From NCBI GenBank assembly GCA_004764695.1, contig SMSO01000031.1:8538761-8602760 (forward strand): a stretch of DNA of 64,000 nt. Direction: 5' to 3'. The notes under the pieces are model-generated. The model saw only the letters and a program-made list of their open reading frames with translations. It was not told the DNA's origin and made no database searches. This DNA comes from Schizochytrium sp. TIO01 (taxonomy: Eukaryota > Protista > Bigyra: Labyrinthulomycetes). Shown here one piece after another: positions 21,659 through 32,294 of the stretch. The position numbers and the translations under genes are program-made. Numbering within the stretch: position 1 is the first letter of the stretch; the number at the start of each line of letters is the position of its first letter.

Positions 21659-22767
21659 AACATCTATTAGTGCTGTGCGATCAGGTGCACTTTCCTTCTT
21701 CTTTCCACAGCTGCTAGTTAGAGGGAGAGATGATGCAAATGACACATCGAGTGACATCGCTCATTACAGTATTTCTTCTCGTCACATTGCAAGCATTTTG
21801 ACGTGCTAGCATGCCCATGTGCATCACTTCAGTAGAATTGATTGCGTAACATACAGACCTGGAGGAAATTAAGTTTGATTGATGCCATCAACTTGACTGC
21901 GCGCCTATTAAGAACAATCATAAAGATAGCGTGCAATATATAGAAAAAGATGTACTACAGACACACACCTGGCAATATCACGACCTACATAACAATACAG
22001 TCCATGTATGTTTTGATTTTGGATGAGATTAGGCAGGTACGTCAAACCACTAAACAAAGAGTACTACGCATAAACAAAAGATAAATACAAACACATTTTA
22101 TGATGTCATGAAACTTAATCTAAATTTACTGTATGGATTTCACATGGTCACGATGAGAAAACACAGACAAAAACAAAAAAACTTCTGCTTTGAGGCATCT
22201 CTGGCATTGTCAAATGATCAAATCAGCAAACATGCTCAAACAAGCAAATAGAAAACATTTTCAAATCTAGAGAAACAATTTGGTTGATAGCTTAATATTC
22301 TGTATCCTTGGATGTGTCTATTGGCAATTTCTAAAGTCGGGAAGCACGTCTGAGAATCAGATCTGCTATTTGTCTTCCCTCAGCCAACTCTAATGGGAAA
22401 AACTAAAAACTATTAAACAACAACTACCTACCTTTCAAGGTATACGTTCTCATAGAAATTAATTTTGTGTGTAAAGGAAGAATCGAAGAGAACAAAACAT
22501 ATACAGATCTCAGAATCTAGTATTAGTGTTACACACTTTTATGGAAGCAAACATACGATAGAACCCTTCGAAAGCGGTCATTTATAAAGCAAAGAAAGAA
22601 AAGAAAATATGTGCGTCTAAACAGATTGTTGATAAATGTGTGTACGTATAAGAAATGATGAGCATAAAAGTTGAAGAAATGGGAAGATGCAGAATGTTGT
22701 GCTTCGGAGCAAATTCAAGGGAGATTGATCGTTGCTGTTCATTTGATGGTTTGTTGTTTCTAGTGTT

Positions 22768-24072
22768 TCAAGGTTGGTCGACGAGCATCGCCCGAAAGCC
22801 CTTTTCGCGCAATCCCTTTACGGCGGCCCGCGCAAATTTTGTGTCCAGGAATGTGACATATCCTTTGAGGATACCAGTAACAACATCACTTGTAACACGA
22901 AGCTGTGCAATAGCGCCATACTCCTGGCACATTGCCAAAAGTTTGTGTGAGTTCGTACCCTTCTCAAGCCCATCTACACGAATATAGTGAGAACTTGTAA
23001 CAGGTGACCTTTTGCCAGAAACAGGGCCATGGCGAAACCGCGGCACTTCACCAGGTGCCATGGTATAGCGCCGTGGCGCATCACGCAAGCTGCTGGCCGA
23101 TGTAGACTTGCTGAGCATTTTCTCGGCGTCGCCAAACTCCTCCTCCTCTTCTTGTTCCGGGGAGGCTCCGGTGCTGGCACCCGCAGGTACCGAATGTTGT
23201 GAAGAAGAATGACTCAGTGTACGGCGCTGGTTTGGCAAACTGCCAACCTTGGAGAGCAATTTCTTAATGGTATCGTCTTGCTCCTTGTTTTTCTGCTCTA
23301 GCCGGCGTTTACTCATCATCAACTGTTTGTTCTTCTTTTTCATCTCGTTCAGTTGGCGAATAAGATCATCCTTTTCTTTCTTCTGCTCACGGTACTTCGT
23401 CTGCAAGATATTATATTTTGACTGAGTCTCCTTAAGCTTAATGTCCATGCCGTTGAGTCGGTTTTGGCGAGTGAAATCAAGCTTTTCGCGTTTGCTAAGC
23501 TCCTCCTTTAAGTCGTTTACAAGATGGCTCTCTGAAGCATGGACGCCTCCATGCAAGGAGGAGGATGCAGACGATGGTGTGCTGCAGCCGCCAAATGACA
23601 CTCGCCTGGTGTTACTGCTTTTATTAGTGCCACCAAGGGACACACGTCGACGTCCTCCACGGGAGTGGGTCTCAAGACCCTCAGATGCGGCAAGCGTTTG
23701 TCGTCGCTGCTGTTCGCCAGTCAAGCCAGAGTGCTGCTTAAGCTTGTCGCGGCTGAATCGTTTATCAAGCTTGCTCAAATCACTAGTGAACTCCTCGTCG
23801 GCAACTTCTTCTTCGCGTACAGGTGAGCATGGCTGGCCGGGTTTCACTTTGAGGCTTTCTACGCGCGGGTTAAATGAAACGCCTGGACTTGCTGTTGCTG
23901 CGCTGCTGGGCGTTGACACATGTGGGTTCACGGTTTTCCAAGCTGCTTCATCTGGCTCTGGGGTCCCATCACTTGTCGCCAATGCTGCTCTTGGCGAGGA
24001 CTTCTTAGTCTGCACCGGCGTACTCACCTCAGGTGTGTTGTTCGCTGTGCCCAGGTCATTTTCCTTCATCAT
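22768..24072 (-). CDS. Coiled-coil protein with C-terminal RRM domain
   Basis: 434-aa ORF: S/P-rich N-terminus, central coiled coil, C-terminal RRM-like segment (YIRVDGL = RNP2-like; KGYVTF = RNP1-like). Confidence 0.8.
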   Translation of the reverse strand: MMKENDLGTANNTPEVSTPVQTKKSSPRAALATSDGTPEPDEAAWKTVNPHVSTPSSAATASPGVSFNPRVESLKVKPGQPCSPVREEEVADEEFTSDLSKLDKRFSRDKLKQHSGLTGEQQRRQTLAASEGLETHSRGGRRRVSLGGTNKSSNTRRVSFGGCSTPSSASSSLHGGVHASESHLVNDLKEELSKREKLDFTRQNRLNGMDIKLKETQSKYNILQTKYREQKKEKDDLIRQLNEMKKKNKQLMMSKRRLEQKNKEQDDTIKKLLSKVGSLPNQRRTLSHSSSQHSVPAGASTGASPEQEEEEEFGDAEKMLSKSTSASSLRDAPRRYTMAPGEVPRFRHGPVSGKRSPVTSSHYIRVDGLEKGTNSHKLLAMCQEYGAIAQLRVTSDVVTGILKGYVTFLDTKFARAAVKGLREKGFRAMLVDQP

Positions 24073-26017
24073 TGTGTTCCTTTCCAGCGATGTTATGCTT
24101 CACGAACCCCAATTCTGTAGTCCTTTGACGAAATAATTCTTTGTTTCTGATTCTTCTTTTGCGCCTTCTGAAGAAAAGTAGCACAGTCTCGTCGTTTTTA
24201 GTTTTCTACAAGAGTCTTTGACCTTCGCAAGCCTTAGCTTGCTTCAGATGACCCTTTCCTGGCAAAAGGATTGATTGAACTTCAGATGAACTAAGCAAGA
24301 TAGCTTAGCTTAGTAAGGCTTGTTTCAAGTATTGTCTAGTCTCCCCGTTCTCCTCTAGAACCTAGTTGGACCAAAGATCCTCTATCCCAAAAGTTTCACA
24401 CAAGAAACCTGCAAGCTAACTTGATAGCAAGCAAGAAGGATATGCAAACCTGACAACGTCAAAGGACTGAGACCGCAAAAACAAAAACAAAAAATCAAGA
24501 AAGCGAACACAAGTCAAAAGAACTAATCGCTGACCAGGTCCAAGAAAAGTGAATGAATGCCCAAGAAAACGCACGCCCCAGACCCACTGGACCACAGCAA
24601 CTGCCAGGCGGCCACCAAAGCTCAGCCCAACGTAACCCCGCGGTGCTCGGTGTCTTCTTCTGCTCGGCACACGGGCCGCAAAGGGCAAAAGGAAGTTAGA
24701 CGCTGAGCGGTGATTGGAGTTTTGCGACTATAAGGAAACGGGAGCTAAAGACCCTCTGCGCGTAAAACCGACAAGGCCCACCAATAATATACCTGACATG
24801 TGCAACAAAAGGTTCTATTATATGTATTATAACACGTTGTTTTATAATACACAATACTTTAATGGGGCATCCTTAATTAATGGGTTTTTTAAAGGTTAAA
24901 TGTATAGGCAGTTAAGGTGGGCCAGGAGGGACTTGGCTTAACGACGACATGGAGGCAACGTTTCTTTTGGTTTGGGTAAGTTTCGTTCGAGATTGATGAG
25001 AACATGGCTTAAAGCTGCCTGCGTCTCGCCTTGCAGGTCGAATTTGCTGAGCCAGCCGTGCATAAAACAAAGACACCAATCTGCCAGCGCTTTCTTGACT
25101 GGGATCTTGACATTCACAGCTGCTATCAAACAATGCGAGTGCAGAATTTGGGGAAGATGTCACATCCTTCTGTGAAGCAACCTTCTTAATTTCTCCTTTT
25201 TCATACTTGAACAATTCTTCCTTCCTTTTGCCAAACGGAGTTTCATCTGTGACTTTGATACTTCTCATACGTCGTCGATAAGTTTATACGAACTTCCAGG
25301 GAATTCCCTATCGCTTTGCCTGCTTGAATTTGCGCTTCGCTAGTGATGTTGCAAGGAAAGGGACATATCAAACAAGTCATAAGTTAAGTTTGTTGTCATA
25401 AGTTACCTTTGTTGGATATTCTAAAATCTGATTTGATGAATATTGGGGCTCCTTGCAAGTAGTGAAAGCAAGAAGAGTGACCGGAAATTCATTCTTAGAA
25501 ATGGCTATCGAAGCAAAAGGCTATGACAGAAGACACCGATTATTATTTGTTAGAGGCAAATGCTATTGAAAAATACGGAGTGCTTATTTCAAGCACGAGG
25601 TAGTTTAACCATTGAAAACAAATGATATCACGAATTTGCACTCTGGGTATCAGGATTTTATAAGCAAAACTCGTGTTCTACGCATGGTGTAATTCGGCAT
25701 AATTTGGGGGAGAAAGAGGGATCTTTCAATTTAATGTGCGAGGTAAAATGATCTATTTAATATAGATGAGAAGCAAAATAAGATTTCAGGCAGGCCCTGA
25801 GCTGCGAGAAATGTAGTCTAACTTCTCGTTCCAAACAACATGAGCAGAAGCGTGAAGACACCACATATGCCATTGAGAATGGGGAAAACACAAAGTGAAG
25901 TACATAGATTGATAAAGCACACGGTTTGGAGCACGAAAAACGGAATAAAGGTCATCGATCGACCTGTTCAGAGTCGTGAAAATGTATGATTTCGTTCTTC
26001 AGGAGAAACCCTGCCTC

Positions 26018-26206
26018 TTAGCAGTCGCTGCCCTTGGACTCCTCTTTGTCTTCAACCTTTTTAGCAAAATGTTCGTAGGAGATGCGGTAGATTTCCGCAG
26101 CATTCGTAGGCTGCTGTCGAATGACCTCTTTTGCCCAGTCCTTCAAAACGCCTGCCATCTCGGGTTTGATGACGATTTGCTCAGCTTGAAAGATGCGAGT
26201 ATCCAT
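26018..26206 (-). CDS. Stand-alone RIIa dimerisation/docking (D/D) domain microprotein, RSP11/ropporin-like (62 aa)
   Basis: ATG at 26206 in GCCATGG context; MDTRIFQAEQIVIKPEMAGVLKDWAKEVIRQQP...YEHF matches the ROPN1L/RSP11 N-terminal pattern (IF-x-A-E-Q-I-x-I...LK-x-x-x-K-E-V-I-R-x-Q-P...F). Confidence 0.75.
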   Translation of the reverse strand: MDTRIFQAEQIVIKPEMAGVLKDWAKEVIRQQPTNAAEIYRISYEHFAKKVEDKEESKGSDC

Positions 26207-27774
26207 GGCGCTCTCTTGCTTCCGAGGTATTATTCTTCCCGCGCACCACCCTGCTGTCAGACGTGGGCTCAATCGCCAAGTAAATAACTTGCAACCACGC
26301 AGAAAAGTGGAATCTTATGAATTCAATATGACCAAACAAGCCTCTTCTTCGAGGCGCTGCACCAAAGTTCTGGCTTACTTCACTTAAGTTACACACGAAA
26401 GGAGCTCAGTCTAAACGGACATACCATAACGGACCAAGTGTATTCAAATACTAAGCTCGACAGAGAAAAGGGTGGTGCGAATGTGAGTAGATGGCGCAAC
26501 TATTAGCAGACTAACTCCTGGCTGTTTTCAATCGTCTTATTCTGAGGCTCGCGAGTTTCACTTTGTAACACCAGCTTTTGCAAGAGCTTTTATTAATTAG
26601 TTTTGGTGTGTACAATTGTATTTTGTCTTGAATGTAGCTAGAAATGGCTATATAAGTTATCATCACTTTTAAAACATGCACATCTCCTATTATTATCCTA
26701 TGACCACTTAGCTGCATAAATGCCGTGCTACGCCGGTTAGAGAAGCGCTATCTCTGGTGCTGCGGAAATATTGAAGTTCAATCTCATTAGTATCTGCAGC
26801 ACTGAATACAACATTTCAACAGTTATTTATTAGACTTCTGGCAACATGGAGTGGTGGTTCTGTTTTGTTCGAAGGTAGATCACAACAGGCTAGATACAGA
26901 GGCAAGTCATCCTTGCGAAATGAAAGTAACCAGTAATTCTAACCTTTTGGCCACAACTACAAGCTCAAAGATTACCAGAGGAGGATTCACGTGCTATACC
27001 CCGCGTTTACGCATTCAGCGTGTAGAGCTTCGAAAGCTTCTTGAGGAAATACTAAAATGCATCCACTCGTCCAAGCTGACTTCAACCTCTTCCACGATAC
27101 ATTAATCGACGAAACATTAATTGACGCCATAGGCATTTCGCAGACCCGTGAAGGCCACGAAACCTCCTGAAGACCATCGCTGGTAAACGGCAGTACCATG
27201 ACGTCTATTCACAAGATGTGTTATATAGACGAAGCCCAGAACATCAAAGAAACAACTGCTAAACACCTGCTTAGACACTTCTCAAGCTCTTGCTACCTGA
27301 AAAGACAAGAATAAGACTGCTGACTCGCTATTCCGCAGCCTCAGGGTTTCGTTCATAATGGTTGCTGTGTCTTCTTGTTAAGAGATGATTTGCGACGGCA
27401 TCTTGCAGTTTATCTCTACACGGCGAAGGGGTGGCTCATAGATGGTTCTAATTTTGATCGCACCATGAATTTTAAGTTCCTAGGTGTTATGGGAGAGTAT
27501 CATAACGTAGATGATATTCTTTTATCGTATAAATAAATATAAATCATCAAGTAAAAAACAAAACTAGTTATTTATAAATACTAAGAATGACTGAGTGAGT
27601 GCAATAGATAGAAAGATAAGAATAACAGGACTAAGTGAAACTTCATAATCAAATCAGCGCGTCGAAACAAGCGCAGCGTGCATTCGTAGAACCCTTGAGT
27701 CGATCAAAGGCTCATTCTTCCCTTCACGCGTCCATCCCCGGTCGTGGCTGCGGTGGCACATTTCCTCAGCTGCG

Positions 27775-30708
27775 ATGGCGCCCGCAAGGCTCTCCTGGGT
27801 GCCGCTAGCGGCGCTGGGAGTCCCTGCAAAGGCCTTGTTTTCCTGGAGGATGACAACCCGAGTCGCGAAAACGAAGTTTACGAGCACTACAATTCGATCC
27901 AAGACTACGCTCTCAAATCCAGTGCAGCCAGGGCCGATGTGGACAACCGAGGGAGCAAGTCTTGTGCTTGTAAGGAAGTCTACAGCAGCACTGCGGAATT
28001 TGGGACTCCATGGCAACGCAAGAGTTGGCAGAACACGATTCGATCGGTGTATGACCAAGCATCAAATGCAGCAGCATCGCCAAACTCATCATGGAAGAGC
28101 TGGCAGGGGACAACATCGATCTGGAAACCGAGAAAACCAAAGCCCTTACGCATGGCTGGAGACGCTGGGCGTAGGGCTGTCTACGCTAGCTTTCGTACCT
28201 TCAATTGACGTAGCCGAACTTGAGGATGTCTCACGTGAGTCACGCAGAATTCGAGCAAGACCTTCTAACGGGTCAGAGTCTGCAGCACTTGTAGGTGAAA
28301 CTGTCACCCTTGAAGAACTCAACTCGAGATATCAATTACAGGCAGTGTCAGCAAAGAGCGATGCGAAGGGTATCGCTCAGGCGGAATTTACCGCCAAAGG
28401 CCTCATTCCGACGCGGTTCGTGCTTGGATCCGGTGCATATGGTCAAGTTGCTAGGGCTAAAGATGTGGTAGGTCGTGATGTTGCAGTTAAAGTGGTGAAT
28501 CGACAAGCAATGGATATCGAGGGCTTGCAGAATGAGGTAGAAGCCCTCACGCTCGCGCGTCGCCACCCGAATGTGACGGAATTGATTGAGGTTCTCTTTT
28601 GTCCAGAGACAGACAAATACTACATCATCACAGAGTTTTGTGGAGGAGGTGAACTCTTTGACAGACTCATTGACAAAGGCCCTTACAAAGAAGCTGAAGC
28701 AGCAAGGCTCATTGAAAGAATCGCCAGCGCGCTGAACTATTTGCACTCTTGTGGTTTTGCGCACATGGACATTAAACCGGAAAACCTTATGTTCTCCGGT
28801 GAATCAAACCAACGAGACGGTGATATTCGTCTCATTGACTTTGGAATGTGCAAAAATTTGAACGAGTACAAGGAAAGCGGTATAACAAAGATGACAAGTA
28901 ATGTTGGCACAACACCGTACCTTCCCAGCGAGATTCTCAAGCACATTCCAGCTGATTACCTGATTCCAATTCATGAAAGCAGTCGCAGCGATGCCGCAAC
29001 CGGTGGGGAAACTGCAGCTCCCAAAATCAAACGCAAAGTCGACATTGAGCTTACTTCAGACCCACGAGCCTGCGATATGTGGGCACTGGGACTCATCATT
29101 TACATTCTCCTCCTTGGTTGTCATCCGTTTGACCGCACTGGAGATGCTACAGATGCTACTATTGCAACCCGTGCCCTTCAAGGAAGTGATACATCCAAAG
29201 ATGATCCAAATGAGAGCCCTGCACGATTTACTTTTAATGTTCATAAACGTTTGCAGCTTTCTGAAGAGGCTAAAGATCTCATTACTCGGTTGCTGGACCC
29301 TAATCCGGAGACACGCCTTAAATCTCATGAGGTAATCAAGCATCCGTGGCTTCAGCAGGCCCGGCGCCGTGCTCTTGCCCAACATCGTTCAGTCATGTCG
29401 AAATGGAGCCCACCCGACTCTAGCGAGGAGAATATGCAAAGCGACGAAGAACCAGAAGACACTCAAGACGCTCTTGAACACGAGACTGTGGCGCATCGCG
29501 CTATATCCTCCGCAATGTTGATTGCCTCTCTCGCAGCACGTGAGACCAGAGATAAAATGCCGAAAGATAGTACCCCAGAAGAGTACTTTCTCAAACAGGC
29601 TTATAGCGTTCTGAAGGCAGCAAGGTGGACTGAAATGGTAGAAGATGTCGAAGTCTCGAAATTATCCTTCCCGGATTTTGCCAAGCTCGTAGAGCAAAGT
29701 CACTCGTTCAAGTATGCCAAGGGCTCTACTATTTTTTCTGAAGGTGATGATGCTGAGGGTGTCTTTATTTTGCTGTCTGGAAATGTGCAGGTTGAGTATT
29801 CCACAGGAAGCCCGGACCTACCTCACCTTGGCTATGGGCACGCAGTTGCCAAACTTCAACCTGGTGACGTTTTCGGCGAGGCTGCAGTTCTTGACGGAAG
29901 AGACTTTCGCAATGCTACTACACGCTGCCTTACGCCTGTTCGTGTTCTGTTCTGGTCAAGGGATGACTTTGTTCGGGTTATCTGCGGTACCAATGCTCTT
30001 TGTATGGGTTTAGAGGAGCATCTCCGGAGCCGTCAAAATCTTAGGGCACGGCGTCTCCTGGAGCAACTAGAGGACGGTGCATTTGTGATGCGTACATTCG
30101 AGCCAGGCGAAAAACTCTATAACCAGGGCGACACCCCGGACATGCTCTATGTTATTCAAGAAGGCGTTGTTGTCACATCCTTTGATCCACAGGAGGCCGA
30201 AGCATCTGCAAACCTTCACCCTGCGGAGAAGGTGCGCAACACTGTTAAGAACTTCATCAGTCAAGTTAAAGGCAAGTTGTCAAACCGAGACGGCGGTTTC
30301 TTTACTGCAGATGCTGGCAAAGTCCCGCCTGAGGCAGGCCCCATGTCGCTGCGACAGTATCAGCCAGGGTCGTTGATTGGGACTGAGGCCATTTCGGGAT
30401 CCCACCGTATTGCGTCTGCTGTCTGCACCACAAAGGTTACAGTCGCAGGTGTTGATCGTTCACGCCTCCTTGGGCTTGCTGCACAAGAGTCTTCTTTATA
30501 CAACACCATTTTGAGGTTATTTCGAAGGGACAATGAAGAAAAGCTTGCTCGACTGCGTGCAGCTTCTGCTGGTGTATATAGAGATCAAGAAGCCTCGTCA
30601 AGTCAAACGAGTGACCTCAACGACCTCGTCAAAGCTGCCGAGCAACAATTATTGCGTCGTCAGAGTATGCATGTGCTGCCACGCACTCCATCTTCCCCAC
30701 GCTCATAA
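27775..30708 (+). CDS. CAMK/CDPK-type kinase fused to two cyclic-nucleotide-binding (CNB) domains
   Basis: Kinase ~28414-29352 (LGSGAYGQV, VAVK, GGELFDRL, HMDIKPEN, DFG). CNB1 ~29704-29983 (IFSEGD, FGEAAVLDGRDFRNAT). CNB2 ~30088-30480 (LYNQGD-PDMLYVIQEG, IGTEAISGSHRIAS). Confidence 0.9.
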   Translation: MAPARLSWVPLAALGVPAKALFSWRMTTRVAKTKFTSTTIRSKTTLSNPVQPGPMWTTEGASLVLVRKSTAALRNLGLHGNARVGRTRFDRCMTKHQMQQHRQTHHGRAGRGQHRSGNRENQSPYAWLETLGVGLSTLAFVPSIDVAELEDVSRESRRIRARPSNGSESAALVGETVTLEELNSRYQLQAVSAKSDAKGIAQAEFTAKGLIPTRFVLGSGAYGQVARAKDVVGRDVAVKVVNRQAMDIEGLQNEVEALTLARRHPNVTELIEVLFCPETDKYYIITEFCGGGELFDRLIDKGPYKEAEAARLIERIASALNYLHSCGFAHMDIKPENLMFSGESNQRDGDIRLIDFGMCKNLNEYKESGITKMTSNVGTTPYLPSEILKHIPADYLIPIHESSRSDAATGGETAAPKIKRKVDIELTSDPRACDMWALGLIIYILLLGCHPFDRTGDATDATIATRALQGSDTSKDDPNESPARFTFNVHKRLQLSEEAKDLITRLLDPNPETRLKSHEVIKHPWLQQARRRALAQHRSVMSKWSPPDSSEENMQSDEEPEDTQDALEHETVAHRAISSAMLIASLAARETRDKMPKDSTPEEYFLKQAYSVLKAARWTEMVEDVEVSKLSFPDFAKLVEQSHSFKYAKGSTIFSEGDDAEGVFILLSGNVQVEYSTGSPDLPHLGYGHAVAKLQPGDVFGEAAVLDGRDFRNATTRCLTPVRVLFWSRDDFVRVICGTNALCMGLEEHLRSRQNLRARRLLEQLEDGAFVMRTFEPGEKLYNQGDTPDMLYVIQEGVVVTSFDPQEAEASANLHPAEKVRNTVKNFISQVKGKLSNRDGGFFTADAGKVPPEAGPMSLRQYQPGSLIGTEAISGSHRIASAVCTTKVTVAGVDRSRLLGLAAQESSLYNTILRLFRRDNEEKLARLRAASAGVYRDQEASSSQTSDLNDLVKAAEQQLLRRQSMHVLPRTPSSPRS

Positions 30709-31321
30709 ATAGCTCCTTTGTTCAGCTTCTGAGCAAAATGCCAAAAGATCAAAACACTCACACACAAAGGCTCTTAGTGCATGGTGTATGTTTTATCTCC
30801 CTGAATTTTGGTGTGGTCTTTTTCCCAAATGATAAAACCATGTCTGTCTATGCAAACTCTTGCGCAAGCCCCACGTATATGTCTTTTAACTAATATAACT
30901 ATTACTTAGACTCCTCCTTCCAACAATTCACATACTTCACCAAGTCACTTCACTCTCATTTAGGATGTGGTGTATGCTTTGATGCCCAAATTCAGTTTTT
31001 ACTTTTTGCTTTTTTAAGTCTTTAAATCTCATTAATAAGAAAGAAACAAGATGTTGCTTCATTTAAAGATCCGTTGGTTAACTTTATTCATCTTTTTCAA
31101 GATAATATATAAAGATTGTAATGGTACTTTAAAATAAGATCAGAGACTATCACAATCAAAGAACGAAACGAAATATATATATAGATGAAAATGAAAGGTA
31201 GGGATAATAGACTCTAGCTATTGCCATGATCATCGGTAAACTAAAAGCTCTGACAGGTTTTACTTAACAAAACCAAAATTGCGATAGAAATAAGGGAAGA
31301 GCTTTCTTTGGGAAGAGCACG

Positions 31322-32059
31322 ATGGACCTTGACTTGCTCGGTGGCGAGGAGCAGGTTGCAAAGTATAAGGCAGAGATCCGAGCAATTTTCAACCAGGTCG
31401 ATGTAGATGGTTCGGGATGGATGTCTAAGACAGAGTTTGTCGAGGCTGTCGAGAAAAATCCAAATGTGGCGCAAATGGTAGGACGGTCAAGGCTTTTGGC
31501 AGGGCTTGTGGCGGGAGGTGACCTCGGAGCTGCATTTGAAAGCTTTGACACCGATCGTAGTGACAGTGTTAGCTTTGAAGAGTTCTGGGAGTTCTGCCGC
31601 AAGGAAGCGGATGAAGAAAACATTCGTAAGATGTTCAATATGATCGATCGTGATGGCTCAAGGTATATTACCAAAGCAGAACTCGTGTACGCATTTACAA
31701 ATAACACGGAACTGCTAGAGCTTGTGAAAAACTCAAAGGTCTTTGGACGCCTGATCAAGCAGAGAGATTGGGACAAAGTTCTCGCTGAGATGGACACTGA
31801 CAAGAGTGGAGTTGGTGAGGACAAGGTTGATCTTCCTGAGTTTTGGAAATTTATCAAGAACCTTGCTGCTAGAGTGCAAATCGATATTTTGAAGGAGAAG
31901 GCTCGACAGCAGCGCGAAAAGTACGAGGCAGAAAAGTTTATCTTGCAAGCAGAAATTCGTTCACGTGTCAATACCCACATGAGTGTTGCTGGCGCAGGTC
32001 AGGGAGGGATTATGACCGTTGGTATCGCATATGACCCATTCTCCTACCCAGCAATCTAG
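31322..32059 (+). CDS. Four-EF-hand calcium-binding protein
   Basis: Loops DVDGSGWMSKTE, DTDRSDSVSFEE, DRDGSRYITKAE and an extended DTDKSGVGEDKVDLPE. Confidence 0.9.
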   Translation: MDLDLLGGEEQVAKYKAEIRAIFNQVDVDGSGWMSKTEFVEAVEKNPNVAQMVGRSRLLAGLVAGGDLGAAFESFDTDRSDSVSFEEFWEFCRKEADEENIRKMFNMIDRDGSRYITKAELVYAFTNNTELLELVKNSKVFGRLIKQRDWDKVLAEMDTDKSGVGEDKVDLPEFWKFIKNLAARVQIDILKEKARQQREKYEAEKFILQAEIRSRVNTHMSVAGAGQGGIMTVGIAYDPFSYPAI

Positions 32060-32294
32060 GTTGCATGTTTTGGCTCTCATCTATCATTGGCTGCTCACCT
32101 GATAGGCTCGATTTTTGAAGCGCGCATATTAGTTTAGAAGAGTCTTCTATTCAGGGGAATTTTATACTCTTATTGTTTACGCTAATACAGGCTTGTAATT
32201 AAAATTGCACCAAGTTGATTTACCAACATGGATTGACACACAAAGTTGGATCAGGAAACCTTCAATTTGGGTCCAACATCGAACCTTTGGGAAG

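Noticed and set aside
24912-25268. 118-aa minus-strand ORF and overlapping frames
   Set aside because: No recognisable motif and ambiguous frame; possibly a relic but unsupported.
26851-27200. Protein-like fragments in two plus frames (RVELRKLLEEILK; HPLVQADFNLFHDTLIDE)
   Set aside because: Short, frameshifted and not assignable to any family.
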